A DNA stretch of 64,000 bases from Lachnospiraceae bacterium (GTDB taxonomy: Bacteria; Bacillota; Clostridia; Lachnospirales; Lachnospiraceae). The stretch lies in contig JALEKK010000036.1 in the NCBI GenBank assembly GCA_022769005.1, positions 1 through 64,000 of the forward strand. The letters run 5' to 3'. This document shows, in pieces, positions 41,001-50,526 of the stretch. The position numbers and the translations under genes are program-made. Position 1 is the stretch's first letter; each line of letters begins with the position of its first letter. Below the pieces are notes generated by a model. The model had not been told where the DNA came from. It did not search any database and worked only from the letters and a program-made list of their open reading frames with translations.

Positions 41001-42000
41001 AACAGACGGCACTGAAAATATTTCAGAAAATATTTCAGAAAATGTTTCGGAAAATGAGCCTGAGAGTACAGAAGCTTCTCAAACAGACAAGACCGTAGGC
41101 GAAACCGCACATGAACCTGTGACGGAAAATACTCCTCCAAACGGAAGAATAGGCGAGACGGTTGTTATTCCGAGAGAAGCCATCGCCGAGGCCATGAAAA
41201 ACAATTCTTCAAAAGATGTTCCTTATCAAAATGTTGTTGTTACGGATGCCACAAGAAAGAAAATAATGAATCTCTTTGAGGCATATACGGAACTTCCGGG
41301 CGTTTCAGAGGAATTGCACGAATTTATAAAGGATCTTCCGAATGAACTTTCAAAAAAGGATTCTTCATCGGGAAATATAATAATAACGGGTAACAACATG
41401 TCGGATAAAACAGCATTTGCAAAGCTTATTGCAAGAGCTATTGACATGATTGATCCGAATGCAAGAAGAAAAGTCGTTAAAACTACCGGAGACACTCTTA
41501 ATAAATACGGTTTCGCAAGCAGCGCCGAAAAGTTGAGGGGGAAAATTCTTATTATAGAAGATGCGGCAAGTATCCTTCCTGCGGTTGCCGACGAGTTACT
41601 CCAGAGTCTGAAACAGGATACGGACAGATTGTTTGTTATTCTTGAAGATTCGGATGCCGAAATGGAAGTTCTCCTTAAATTTAATCCGGAGATGGAAAAT
41701 ACGTTCAACCACAGAATTATCCTCAGACAATATTCCGTAAACGAGCTTGTTGACATATTCAGGGAAATAGCAAAGAGAGACGGATATACCGTAAATGACG
41801 ACGGTCTGTTGGTATTATATTTGTTATTGGACAAGCTCCGTTCAAAGAATAATAATGTATCATTGGATGATATTAATGAGTTGGTAGAGCGCTCCATAAC
41901 CCACGCCAAAAAGAGAAGTTCAAAGGGCGGAGGATTCTTCGGAAGAAGAAAGAAAAATGTGGTTTCAAACGAACTCACGGATGAAGATATAAAGATTTGA
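38080..42000 (+). CDS. Large (1306 aa) TPR-like N-terminal domain, long acidic low-complexity repeat region, and C-terminal SpoVK/CbbX-family AAA+ domain with degenerate Walker motifs; function unknown
   Basis: The N-terminal helical repeats are TPR-like. About 800 aa of D/E/S/N-rich sequence carry the tandem peptide repeats EPDVxNTxAVE and ENIS. The C-terminus has IIITGNNMSDKTAFAKLIARAI where FTGNPGTGKTTVARL is expected, and ILIIEDAASI where LFIDEAY is expected. GTG start. Confidence 0.7.
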   Translation: MDKYEIGLRIQEIRSAYEKKDFKKAAELAKDIDWSKIKEWIPLAMMVDVQEQVGDLEEARDMAILAYNRNLGGRKLLYRLTEIFIKLGDFDHADELFKEYSKVARHNSSKYILEYHLLRAKKAPNEEQIKVLEKFREKEIDEHYMYKLAGLYAKNGDEDKAIKICDEISLWFVGGDYVEGAVKLKKRLGGKLNDSQQKVYDAAKVREEDLERTREMTFAEQLKLARSEADSAANNEKEEHKLGDGLLDSAKPNADKDDAERFAEALKAQAEQEESFDAEKEYGSEAVFDLTPKKKSGNIFSALFKGMRNRNDGKVTEDDLKDKDLVDSSYFKDDDKKIEKIVEEKVTKSNIDNVEEESSDVTVDEYIPEFEAEQTKKLINNDLEEKEEPDVFGDEEELPEAEEFVFEENDNTTDKVSDKDVIVDDIHSDDVHSESLISGTDDSKQISKDVSEEASEEIISEPESDNTDTRDSSDVEENDDNTEVNSEINTDDSDNDDKNNTKFSESLKSIIDGAKERLHRGYSEILNTESLVSVPEIHEKLGIHESISADVNKIMSEEENRQKLKAENNAVSDEDEQIEGQMNLSDWIEAERERKYADRHTKEFSISELERALDEIEDKSKAYDKLMEEQKRLAKEAGEPFNESVAKRNVEYTLSVKSSRTDLDIRTGKAQARNEDEINDIYFAKPEPEAEIDDSLSANNIIADIVKMGIDAPEDKLKVFAIAFADINPESINIQIDKAPKKVINSANILYDYFMGKEITDDPAEVSAASIAPAEESDINRIIAGAEQNVNNIGTVAEPDVSNTGAVEEPDVNNTEAVEESAVNKVETVSEPDVNIENGIESNDNIESDAELNVSEINEDKLSDKTSDSETPAADNNEEAKDNYEYTSIPAELLNGSTFKALDVDKIRNSVSPKLKAEDTTELPVEDTAAAVSDAEAPKENEQIDIESEDRMPEVHKPDFINDNDNVVDTVTEGTDGTENISENISENVSENEPESTEASQTDKTVGETAHEPVTENTPPNGRIGETVVIPREAIAEAMKNNSSKDVPYQNVVVTDATRKKIMNLFEAYTELPGVSEELHEFIKDLPNELSKKDSSSGNIIITGNNMSDKTAFAKLIARAIDMIDPNARRKVVKTTGDTLNKYGFASSAEKLRGKILIIEDAASILPAVADELLQSLKQDTDRLFVILEDSDAEMEVLLKFNPEMENTFNHRIILRQYSVNELVDIFREIAKRDGYTVNDDGLLVLYLLLDKLRSKNNNVSLDDINELVERSITHAKKRSSKGGGFFGRRKKNVVSNELTDEDIKI
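41014..41055 (+). repeat. In-frame 12-nt tandem repeat (gaaaatatttca x about 3.5) encoding (ENIS)n inside the large acidic protein gene
   Basis: gaaaatatttca gaaaatatttca gaaaatgtttcg gaaaat. Confidence 0.9.
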
Positions 42001-42067
42001 CAGTATTCCGGGTTATTTCAAAGGAATATTAATTATCTATATTAACTTATTTAATACAGTTATGAGA

Positions 42068-42106
42068 AAGCCGTAAGCAACATGTTGCTTACGGCTTTCG
42101 GTTTAC
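42068..42106 (+). terminator. Rho-independent terminator after the large acidic protein gene
   Basis: aaagccgtaagcaac-atg-ttgcttacggcttt forms a 15-bp stem, followed by TTTCGGTTT. Confidence 0.7.
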
Positions 42107-42246
42107 TCTAAATATACTTTTATACATAATTCAGAAGTAATTTATTTGCAATTTGATTATTTAGAATATATGATAAAGTGATGTGAATATATTACGAAAA
42201 TCAGGGATATGTGAACTGAATACAACTTTAAGTTTCGGAGGGAAAT

Positions 42247-44232
42247 ATGAGTAACATAGATGAATTATCAATTAATGCAATTCGTTTTTTATCGGCAGAT
42301 GCAATTCAGAAGGCTAATTCCGGTCATCCGGGACTTCCGCTGGGATGTGCTGCCATTGGATATGAACTGTTTGCAAATGATATGAAACATAATCCAAAAA
42401 ATCCTGAGTGGGCGGGAAGAGACAGATTCGTTCTCTCAGGCGGACACGGATCCATGCTTTTGTATTCGCTTCTTCATTTAACGGGTTACGGTCTTACAAT
42501 AGAAGATATTAAGAATTTCAGACAAATGGGTTCAAAGACTCCGGGACATCCCGAGTACGGTTATACGGTAGGCGTGGAAGCCACTACAGGCCCTCTCGGA
42601 CAGGGTATGGGAATGGCAGTCGGAATGGCAATGGCGGAAAAGCATATGGCGTCCGTATTTAACAGACCGGGATATCCTGTTGTGGACAATTATACATATG
42701 TGCTCGGAGGAGACGGCTGTATGATGGAAGGAGTTTCATCGGAGGCATTTTCGCTTGCGGGTACACTTGGACTTGATAAGCTTATTGTTCTTTACGATTC
42801 CAATAACATATGTATTGAAGGAAGCACGGACAATGTATTCTCCGAGAATGTCAACAAGAGAATGGAAGCTTTCGGATTCCAGACAATTACCGTAACAGAC
42901 GGCAACAATATAGAAATGATCGGAAAAGCCATCGAAATGGCAAAGGCTGATAAAAAGAGACCTTCGTTTATCAATATTACAACAACAATAGGATACGGAT
43001 GTCCAAATGTGGCAGGTACGGCTGATTGCCACGGTTCTCCGCTTGGAGCCGATAACATAGCTCAGATGAGAAAGGACTTAAATTGGCCTCTTGAAGAAGC
43101 ATTTGCGGTTCCGGATGAGGTTTACGCAAATTATGAAGAAAAAATGCTCAAGGGTGCGGAGAGCGAAGCGGAGTGGAATGCTTTATTTGAAAGATATGCC
43201 GAAGAATATCCGGAATTAAAGAAAAAATGGGACGAATATCATAACGGATATGATCTTAAAGACCTGTTTTCAGGCGAAGATTTTAATGCAAATGCAGAAA
43301 AATCAGAGGCAACGAGAAGTTCATCAGGCGTAATTCTCAATAAAATCAAAGAACACATGCCTAATCTTATCGGAGGATCCGCAGATCTCGCTCCTTCAAA
43401 CAAAACATATATGAAGGGTGCAGGCGACTTCGGTCATGACAATTACGGCGGATGCAATCTTCACTTCGGTGTAAGAGAACAGGCTATGGGCGCCATCGTT
43501 AACGGTATTGCACTTTACGGAGGACTCAGAGTTTTTGCTTCTACATTTTTTGTGTTCAGCGACTACCTTAAGCCTATGGTAAGAGTTGCCGCTCTTATGA
43601 AGCTTCCGATCACATATATTTTTACACATGACAGCATTGGCGTTGGAGAGGACGGACCTACTCACGAGCCTATTGAACAGCTGGCCCAGTTCAGAGCAAT
43701 GCCGGGCGTAAGTGTAATCAGACCTTGTGACAGAAGAGAAACCGCCGCTGCATGGAAGTATGCCGCAGAAAGCAGAAACGAGCCTGTTATACTCGTGCTT
43801 TCAAGACAGAATTTGACACAACAGGATAATTCATCTGCGGATATAAGTAAGGGTGCATACATTTTACAGGATTCAAAGAACGAAATTCCTGAGCTTATCC
43901 TTATGTCAAGCGGTTCGGAAGTTGAAATAACAGTTGACGCTGCCGAAAAATTAAGAGCCGAAGGTGTTGACGTAAGAGTTGTAAGTGTTCCTTCAATGGA
44001 TTTGTTTGATCGTCAGAGTGATGAATATAAAGAAAGCATACTTCCGGACGCATGCAGAAAAAGAGTTTCGGTTGAAGCACTTTCAAGTTTCGGATGGGCA
44101 AAGTATACGGGGCTTGACGGTGCAAACGTGGCAATTGACACATTCGGAGAATCAGCTCCCGCAGGCCTGCTTTTTGAGCATTTCGGATTTACATCCGAAA
44201 ATATCGTAAACACATGTAAGGGCATTTTATAA
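42247..44232 (+). CDS. tkt: Transketolase
   Basis: The TPP-binding motif is GHPG...GDGCMMEG. Size is 661 aa, a single-chain Tkt. Confidence 0.95.
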   Translation: MSNIDELSINAIRFLSADAIQKANSGHPGLPLGCAAIGYELFANDMKHNPKNPEWAGRDRFVLSGGHGSMLLYSLLHLTGYGLTIEDIKNFRQMGSKTPGHPEYGYTVGVEATTGPLGQGMGMAVGMAMAEKHMASVFNRPGYPVVDNYTYVLGGDGCMMEGVSSEAFSLAGTLGLDKLIVLYDSNNICIEGSTDNVFSENVNKRMEAFGFQTITVTDGNNIEMIGKAIEMAKADKKRPSFINITTTIGYGCPNVAGTADCHGSPLGADNIAQMRKDLNWPLEEAFAVPDEVYANYEEKMLKGAESEAEWNALFERYAEEYPELKKKWDEYHNGYDLKDLFSGEDFNANAEKSEATRSSSGVILNKIKEHMPNLIGGSADLAPSNKTYMKGAGDFGHDNYGGCNLHFGVREQAMGAIVNGIALYGGLRVFASTFFVFSDYLKPMVRVAALMKLPITYIFTHDSIGVGEDGPTHEPIEQLAQFRAMPGVSVIRPCDRRETAAAWKYAAESRNEPVILVLSRQNLTQQDNSSADISKGAYILQDSKNEIPELILMSSGSEVEITVDAAEKLRAEGVDVRVVSVPSMDLFDRQSDEYKESILPDACRKRVSVEALSSFGWAKYTGLDGANVAIDTFGESAPAGLLFEHFGFTSENIVNTCKGIL

Positions 44233-44237
44233 TAAAA

Positions 44238-46079
44238 ATGTTTGATATTAATGAAGAATTAAAAAAGCTTCCCGAGAAACCCGGAATATATATTATGCAC
44301 GGCGAAAATGACGAGATAATATATGTGGGAAAGGCCAAGATACTTAAGAGAAGGGTAAAGCAATATTTTCAAAACAGTAAAAAGCATTCTCAAAAAATCG
44401 AGTATATGGTTACGCATATAACAAGATTTGAATATATAGTAACCGATACTGAGTTAGAAGCGCTTGTTTTGGAATCTAATCTTATCAAAGAGCACAGGCC
44501 TAAGTATAATACCATGCTTACGGATGATAAGACATATCCTTTTATAAAGGTAACGGTTAAAGAAAAGTATCCGAGAGTGTTGTTCTCAAGAGATTCAAAG
44601 CATGATTCCAACAAATACTTCGGGCCTTTCACTTCGGCATATGCCGTAAAGGAGACAATAGATTTACTTTGCAGGCTGTATAAGATAAGAACGTGCAACA
44701 GAAGACTTCCTCAGGATATCGATAAAGAAAGGCCGTGTTTGGACTATCACATAGGGAAGTGTTCCGCTCCGTGTGCAAGCGGTATGATAAGTGAAGAAGA
44801 TTACAGAGCGCAAATAGACGAAGTAATAAAATTCCTTAAAGGTAATTATAAACCGGTGCTGGATTCCCTTACCGAAAAAATGAAATCGCAGGCCGATGCA
44901 ATGGAGTATGAAGAAGCTGCAAAGACGAGAGATCTGTTGGATCTCGTCAAACAGATTACTCAAAAACAAAAGATAACCGGTGATAATAACGAAGACAGAG
45001 ATGTAATTGCATATGCACTTAAAAACGGCGAGTGCGTCGTATCTGTATTTTTCATAAGGTCCGGAAAGCTCCTCGGAAGAGATCATTTCAGAATGGATGT
45101 GGCGGACGGAGATGAAGGAAATGTAATATTGTCGCAGTTTTTGAAGCAGTATTACGGAGGAACTCCTTATATTCCGGATATAATATCACTTGAGTCCGAC
45201 ATTGATGACAAAGCGGTAATTGAGGAATGGCTGTCCGAAATAAGAAAGAAGAAAGTCGTAATAATTACGCCTAAAAAGGGATTTCATGAAAAGCTTGTTA
45301 CCATGGCTAAGGAAAACGCTTTTTTAATTCTTGAAAAAGATGCCGAAAGGATAAAGAAAGAAGAAGCCAAAACAACGGGAGCAATGAAGGAAATAGCCGA
45401 TATTCTCGGACTGAATAAAATATCAAGAGCAGAGGCTTATGATATTTCCAACACCAACGGTATAGAATCTGTCGGATCCATGGTTGTGTTTGAAGACGGA
45501 AGACCAAAGAAAAATGATTATCGACGATTTAAAATCAAAACAGTAAAGGGACCGGATGATTATGCAAGTATGAGAGAAGTACTTACAAGAAGATTCGGCA
45601 GAGCCGTTACTGAACAAAAATCAGGGGATAATAAAACAAGTTTTTCAAAGCTTCCGGATATTATTTTAATGGACGGCGGAAGAGGGCAGGTAAATATTGC
45701 ACTGAAAGTTCTTAAAGAATTAAATCTTAATATTCCCGTTGCGGGAATGGTAAAGGACGATACTCACAGCACGAGAGGTCTTTACTATAACAATGTTGAA
45801 ATGCCCATAAGCACAAGGTCGGAAGGTTTCAAACTTATTACGAGAATACAGGATGAAGCACACAGATTTGCAATAGAATATCATAAGAAACTTCGCTCCA
45901 AAGCTCAGGTGAATTCCGTTTTGGATGAAATAAAGGGAGTAGGTCCCGCAAGGCGAAAGGCGCTTATGAAATATTTTATGGATATTGATAAGATAAGAAA
46001 TGCAGATGAGGATGAACTTTTAAAAGTTGACGGAATTACCGTCGCGGTGGCAAAGGAAATATATAATTATTTTCATTAG
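44238..46079 (+). CDS. uvrC: Excinuclease ABC subunit C
   Basis: It has an N-terminal GIY-YIG ([19 protein letters not shown]), a UvrBC-interaction region and a C-terminal RNaseH-like/HhH. Size is 613 aa. Confidence 0.95.
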   Translation: MFDINEELKKLPEKPGIYIMHGENDEIIYVGKAKILKRRVKQYFQNSKKHSQKIEYMVTHITRFEYIVTDTELEALVLESNLIKEHRPKYNTMLTDDKTYPFIKVTVKEKYPRVLFSRDSKHDSNKYFGPFTSAYAVKETIDLLCRLYKIRTCNRRLPQDIDKERPCLDYHIGKCSAPCASGMISEEDYRAQIDEVIKFLKGNYKPVLDSLTEKMKSQADAMEYEEAAKTRDLLDLVKQITQKQKITGDNNEDRDVIAYALKNGECVVSVFFIRSGKLLGRDHFRMDVADGDEGNVILSQFLKQYYGGTPYIPDIISLESDIDDKAVIEEWLSEIRKKKVVIITPKKGFHEKLVTMAKENAFLILEKDAERIKKEEAKTTGAMKEIADILGLNKISRAEAYDISNTNGIESVGSMVVFEDGRPKKNDYRRFKIKTVKGPDDYASMREVLTRRFGRAVTEQKSGDNKTSFSKLPDIILMDGGRGQVNIALKVLKELNLNIPVAGMVKDDTHSTRGLYYNNVEMPISTRSEGFKLITRIQDEAHRFAIEYHKKLRSKAQVNSVLDEIKGVGPARRKALMKYFMDIDKIRNADEDELLKVDGITVAVAKEIYNYFH

Positions 46080-46123
46080 GATATTGATTATGTGACATAT
46101 ATGTCAGTCCGGAAAGGGGAAAT

Positions 46124-46945
46124 ATGAGCGACCATAATAAAGATTCAATAACTCTCAATAAGAACAAAAGATGGTGGAGTAAATTCGGAAAATGGATAAT
46201 CACCGCAATATGCGTGGGAGGCGGAGTCACGGCTATTGTTCTGGCTTCGGTTTTTGCGGGAGGCGGTTCCGGAAGTGCTTCCGATACCGCTGACGGAAAC
46301 GTAAACGAAACAGAAGAAACAACAACCGCACCTGAAAAGAAAGAGGGGCAGATATATAAGCTGTCCGGAAATGTTACAAAAGAAGATTTCGTAACACAGG
46401 CATTTTACCATGATGCGGCATTTATCGGTGACGATTTGTTCGACTACTTATCCGGATACAGTTTCATCGACAAATCAAGAGTATTTGCGGCTGAAAACTC
46501 AAGAACAGAAAACGGAGCCGCAAGTATAGAAAAGGTAAAATCTTTAAATCCTAAAAAAGTATTTATAATGTACGGAAGAAACGATCTTAACTTCGGAAAC
46601 GGCAGAAATGCAGAAAGCATATCGAATGCCGTAACAGAGCTGGTCGGAAAAGTAAAGGAAGCATTACCGGAATCCGAGATATATGTTGTTTCCGTCTTGC
46701 CTATTACATATGACCTTGAAAGATCAAACGGCACACATCATACACAGAAAAATGTTGATGAACTTAACGGTGCGCTTTCAACAAAGGTTACCGCGGCCGG
46801 TGCCAACTTTATAGATATTACTGCGCCGTTTAAAAACGACAAAGGTTATTTAAATGATGACTATACGGCTGACGGATATACAATCCGAAGAGCTTATTTT
46901 CCGTTTTTGTTAAACGGTATATCCAAAACCGTAACGGGACAGTAA
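46124..46945 (+). CDS. Membrane-anchored SGNH/GDSL-hydrolase-like protein with a non-canonical catalytic block (GDD instead of GDS)
   Basis: It has an N-terminal TM helix and a Gly/Ser linker. Block I reads AAFIGDDLF, block III reads YGRNDL, and a DGY is found near the C-terminus. The catalytic Ser is not evident. Confidence 0.5.
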   Translation: MSDHNKDSITLNKNKRWWSKFGKWIITAICVGGGVTAIVLASVFAGGGSGSASDTADGNVNETEETTTAPEKKEGQIYKLSGNVTKEDFVTQAFYHDAAFIGDDLFDYLSGYSFIDKSRVFAAENSRTENGAASIEKVKSLNPKKVFIMYGRNDLNFGNGRNAESISNAVTELVGKVKEALPESEIYVVSVLPITYDLERSNGTHHTQKNVDELNGALSTKVTAAGANFIDITAPFKNDKGYLNDDYTADGYTIRRAYFPFLLNGISKTVTGQ

Positions 46946-46998
46946 AAATAAATATAAAAAGTAAACTCAAAACATACATTAAAACAAATATTAAACGT

Positions 46999-47033
46999 AA
47001 AAACGCTCAGACTTTTAAGTCTGAGCGTTTTTA
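46999..47033. terminator. Bidirectional terminator between the SGNH-like gene (+) and the DAHP synthase gene (-)
   Basis: aaaacgctcagac-ttttaa-gtctgagcgtttt forms a perfect 13-bp stem flanked by A-runs and T-runs. Confidence 0.8.
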
Positions 47034-47070
47034 TACGGATATATTATTTAAGGCCGCAGGCAAAAATACA

Positions 47071-48099
47071 TTATACCAAGTCGGCAATTGTATAGATAAG
47101 ATTTTTTGTATCCTGCCATCCGAGGCACGGATCCGTAATGGACTGTCCGTAAACGCCGTTACCGATTTTCTGACATCCGCCTACGATATAGCTTTCTATC
47201 ATAAGTCCCTTTACAATGGATCTGATGTCTTTTGAAATCTGTCTGTTATGCAGAATTTCTTTTGCGATTCTGACCTGTTCCATATACTGCTTGTTAGAAT
47301 TACTGTGGTTTGTGTCAATAATAACGGCATGATTTGCAAGATTGCGTTCATTGTACATATTGAACAGATTCATAATATCTTCGTAGTGATAATTAGGAAT
47401 GTTCTGACCGTGTTTATTGGTAGCGCCTCTTAAAATTGTATGGGAAAGAGGGTTACCGGTTGTTTTTATCTCACTGTTTCTGTATATAAATTCCTGTTCC
47501 GACTGAGATGCCGTAACGGAGTTGAGCATAACGCTTAAATCGCCGCTTGTCGGATTCTTCATGCCCACGGGGATGTCAAATGCGCTGGCAACAAGTCTGT
47601 GCTGCTGATTTTCAACGGATCTTGCTCCTACGGCTACATATGAGACGATATCGTCAAGGTATGCGGCGTTTTCAGGATAAAGCATTTCGTCTGCAGTCAT
47701 GAATCCGGTCTGTTTTGCAACATTAAGATGAAGATTTCTTATTGAAATGAGACCTGCCAAAAGGTCTGATGTTTTTTCAGGATCCGGCTGATGCAGCATT
47801 CCTTTGTACCCGATACCCGTTGTACGCGGTTTATTGGTATATATTCTCGGAATAATAATAAGCTTATCGGCAACCTTCTCCTGAACCTTTTTTAATCTTT
47901 GAACATAGTCAAGGACAGCCTCTTCATTGTCTGCGGAACACGGACCGACTACTAATAAAAACTTATCCGAATCTCCGGTGAAAACTTTGGCAACTTCCTT
48001 GTCAAATGCAGCTTTTTCTTCGGAAAAACCGTCCGGAACGGGATACATAGATTTAATTTCCGTCGGATCGGGGATTCGTTTAACTAAGTTGAAGCTCAT
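47071..48099 (-). CDS. aroF: 3-deoxy-7-phosphoheptulonate (DAHP) synthase, class I alpha (AroF/AroG type)
   Basis: 342 aa. Matches include LLVVGPCS, KPRTTGIGYKG and the class I DAHPS core. The RBS on the minus strand is aaggagga. The gene symbol is approximate, since the specific isozyme is unknown. Confidence 0.88.
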   Translation of the reverse strand: MSFNLVKRIPDPTEIKSMYPVPDGFSEEKAAFDKEVAKVFTGDSDKFLLVVGPCSADNEEAVLDYVQRLKKVQEKVADKLIIIPRIYTNKPRTTGIGYKGMLHQPDPEKTSDLLAGLISIRNLHLNVAKQTGFMTADEMLYPENAAYLDDIVSYVAVGARSVENQQHRLVASAFDIPVGMKNPTSGDLSVMLNSVTASQSEQEFIYRNSEIKTTGNPLSHTILRGATNKHGQNIPNYHYEDIMNLFNMYNERNLANHAVIIDTNHSNSNKQYMEQVRIAKEILHNRQISKDIRSIVKGLMIESYIVGGCQKIGNGVYGQSITDPCLGWQDTKNLIYTIADLV

Positions 48100-48129
48100 A
48101 TTTTATCCTCCTTATTAATATATTAAACA

Positions 48130-48168
48130 AACATATAAATCTTTATTTAATACAAAGATTTATATGTT
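48130..48168. promoter_or_regulatory. Perfect 15-bp inverted repeat (AACATATAAATCTTT-N9-AAAGATTTATATGTT) in the aroF 5' leader/promoter region
   Basis: Seen directly in the sequence. It sits 30-70 nt upstream of the aroF start codon on the minus strand, so it is either an operator or a 5'UTR hairpin. Confidence 0.4.
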
Positions 48169-48467
48169 GTTGTGTATTTACCATCTATAAACCATTTTAT
48201 CAAATATGCTGTATATTCAAATAAATGATGTTTCATATATTAACACACCGAAAATATAAAATAAACCGAATTAATAATCAAAATATATAAAATAAAGTTA
48301 TTAAAACATATAGGACGCACATATAACCTTCTTATTGTAATATTCGGTATTTAATATTATTAAATTTTAAATCTTTGTGTTATACTCTTTGAATTACTGT
48401 TCCGAATGCTATATTATTAAAAAAATATTTATTATGATCTTTATCAGAACGGAGTAATAATAAAACC

Positions 48468-48797
48468 ATGACCAATGTTGAATTTTTTATAGACAATGAC
48501 AATAAGATATACAGTTTCAAAGTATCGGGTCATGTGGATTTTGCGTTAGACGGAGATGACGCACTTTGTGCGGCTGTTTCCACATTGGTTTCGCATACCA
48601 TAGGACAGGTACATGAATTTACGGATGATCCGTGTGAAAATATAGTGGATGAAGAAAAGCCGATGGTCATTTTTAAACTTACGGGAGATGATATATCGGA
48701 TTTGAGTTACATTTTTATGGAGAGCCTGGCATCATCTATTGATGATTTGGCCATGATGCATCCGGATTATATTAAAGTTAGTTATACAGAGAGTTGA
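48468..48797 (+). CDS. prp: Ribosomal-processing cysteine protease Prp (YsxB family)
   Basis: 109 aa. It carries the GHVDFALDGDDALCAAVSTL His...Cys dyad region typical of Prp. It lies directly upstream of obg, as in rplU-prp-rpmA-obg clusters. Confidence 0.7.
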   Translation: MTNVEFFIDNDNKIYSFKVSGHVDFALDGDDALCAAVSTLVSHTIGQVHEFTDDPCENIVDEEKPMVIFKLTGDDISDLSYIFMESLASSIDDLAMMHPDYIKVSYTES

Positions 48798-48799
48798 TT

Positions 48800-50113
48800 A
48801 TGTTTGCAGACAGAACGAGAATTTATATTCAATCAGGAAAAGGCGGAGACGGTCATGTCTCATTCAGAAGAGAATTATATGTGCCAAACGGAGGACCGGA
48901 CGGCGGAAACGGCGGAAACGGCGGAGATGTCATTTTTGAAGTAGACAAAGGCATTAATACGTTAGGTGATTTTAGATTTAACAGAAAATATAAAGCCGCT
49001 AACGGAGAAGAGGGCGGAAAAAGACGCTGCACGGGAAAAAACGGTGAAGATATTATTCTTAAAGTACCGGAGGGAACGGTTATTTATGATGACGAATCCG
49101 GAAAAGTAATTGCCGACATGTCAGGTGACAATAACAGGATAACTCTTCTTAAGGGCGGAAGAGGCGGAAAAGGAAACATGAATTATGCCACTTCAACAAT
49201 GCAGGCGCCTCAATATGCTCAGCCGGGAGGAGAAGCTAAGGGACTGTGGATAAGAATGGAACTTAAGCTCATAGCCGATGTCGGACTGGTGGGATTCCCT
49301 AATGCAGGTAAATCCACATTTTTATCATCAGTTACAAGGGCAAAGCCTAAGATAGCAAACTATCCTTTTACAACTCTTGATCCGAATCTGGGAGTTGTTG
49401 ATGTGGAAGGAGCAAAAGGTTTTGTAATTGCGGATATTCCGGGTCTTATAGAAGGCGCGGCGTCCGGAGCCGGGCTGGGTTTTGAATTCCTTCGCCACAT
49501 AGAGAGGACAAGACTGCTTATTCACATTGTTGACATAGCGGGAATCGACGGAAGAGATCCTGTTGATGACATAGAGAAGATTAATAAAGAATTATATAAC
49601 TATGACAGTTCAATATTGGACAAACCACAGGTTATAGCGGCCAATAAAATTGATTGCCTTACGGAAGACGAACTAAACGAAAGAATTTCCGATATTAAGA
49701 AGAAGTACGGTCAGGATATGAAGATTTATCCGATTTCCGCCGTTACCGGTCAGGGAGTTAAGGAATTATTATATGAAGTAAACGGCATACTTGAAAAAAT
49801 GCCTAAGGAAGAATTTAAATTTACTCCCGAAATTGATCTGGATTCTAAATTCAGCGGCGGTGAAGATGAGCCGTTCTATGTTGAAAAAATTGATGAATCT
49901 ACATATAGCGTATCCGGTCCGAGGGTAGACAGAATGTTAGGTTATACAAATTTGGATTCGACAAAGGGATTCCTGTTTTTCCAGAAGTTTATGGAACAAA
50001 ACGGAATTATTAAGGAGCTTAAGAAACTCGGACTTTCCGAGGGAGATACAGTCAGAGTAAGCGACTATCTTGATTTTGAATACTTTGAAGGAGATGGAGA
50101 AGAGTTGTTATGA
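48800..50113 (+). CDS. obg: GTPase Obg (ObgE/CgtA) with C-terminal OCT domain
   Basis: The N-terminus has FADRTRIYIQSGKGGDGHVSFRRE with Gly-rich Obg fold repeats. The G-domain has GFPNAGKST, DIPGLIEGA and NKID. Confidence 0.95.
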   Translation: MFADRTRIYIQSGKGGDGHVSFRRELYVPNGGPDGGNGGNGGDVIFEVDKGINTLGDFRFNRKYKAANGEEGGKRRCTGKNGEDIILKVPEGTVIYDDESGKVIADMSGDNNRITLLKGGRGGKGNMNYATSTMQAPQYAQPGGEAKGLWIRMELKLIADVGLVGFPNAGKSTFLSSVTRAKPKIANYPFTTLDPNLGVVDVEGAKGFVIADIPGLIEGAASGAGLGFEFLRHIERTRLLIHIVDIAGIDGRDPVDDIEKINKELYNYDSSILDKPQVIAANKIDCLTEDELNERISDIKKKYGQDMKIYPISAVTGQGVKELLYEVNGILEKMPKEEFKFTPEIDLDSKFSGGEDEPFYVEKIDESTYSVSGPRVDRMLGYTNLDSTKGFLFFQKFMEQNGIIKELKKLGLSEGDTVRVSDYLDFEYFEGDGEELL

Positions 50114-50406
50114 CAAGTAAAGAGAGAGCATATTTAATTAAGTTATCAAGCAATTTAAGTCCCGTATTCCAACTTGGAAAAGAAGGATTTACACCGGAGA
50201 TGACAAAAGCTTTATTGGAAGTGTTGGAAGCAAGAGAACTTATTAAGATTAATATACTTAAGAATTCACCGGAAGATCCGAAAGAAGTTGCGAGACTTAT
50301 AGCCGAGAGAACGTCATCGGAACTTGTTCAGGTGATAGGAAGAAAGGCTGTACTTTATAAGCCTAATAAGGATCCTAAAAAGAGAAAGATAGAATTAAAT
50401 GTCTGA
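50110..50406 (+). CDS. yhbY: RNA-binding protein YhbY (CRM domain)
   Basis: 98 aa with LTSKERAYLIKLSSNLSPVFQLGKEGFT and GRKAVLYKP. Confidence 0.8.
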   Translation: MTSKERAYLIKLSSNLSPVFQLGKEGFTPEMTKALLEVLEARELIKINILKNSPEDPKEVARLIAERTSSELVQVIGRKAVLYKPNKDPKKRKIELNV

Positions 50407-50526
50407 TGATACGATGATAACAAAGAGAAGAAGAGTAGGCTGGATGTAAGAGTATTATTCCTGATAATAAGTACAATATTTAAAAATGAGATCTACAGAG
50501 GCATTGCAGCGCTTTGTATATCCGTT

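Noticed and set aside
39066-41978. Minus-strand ORFs of 130-250 aa (Ser-rich) opposite the large acidic protein gene
   Set aside because: They are an antisense artefact. GAA/GAT-rich acidic codons read as Ser/Phe-rich frames on the opposite strand. They have no start context.
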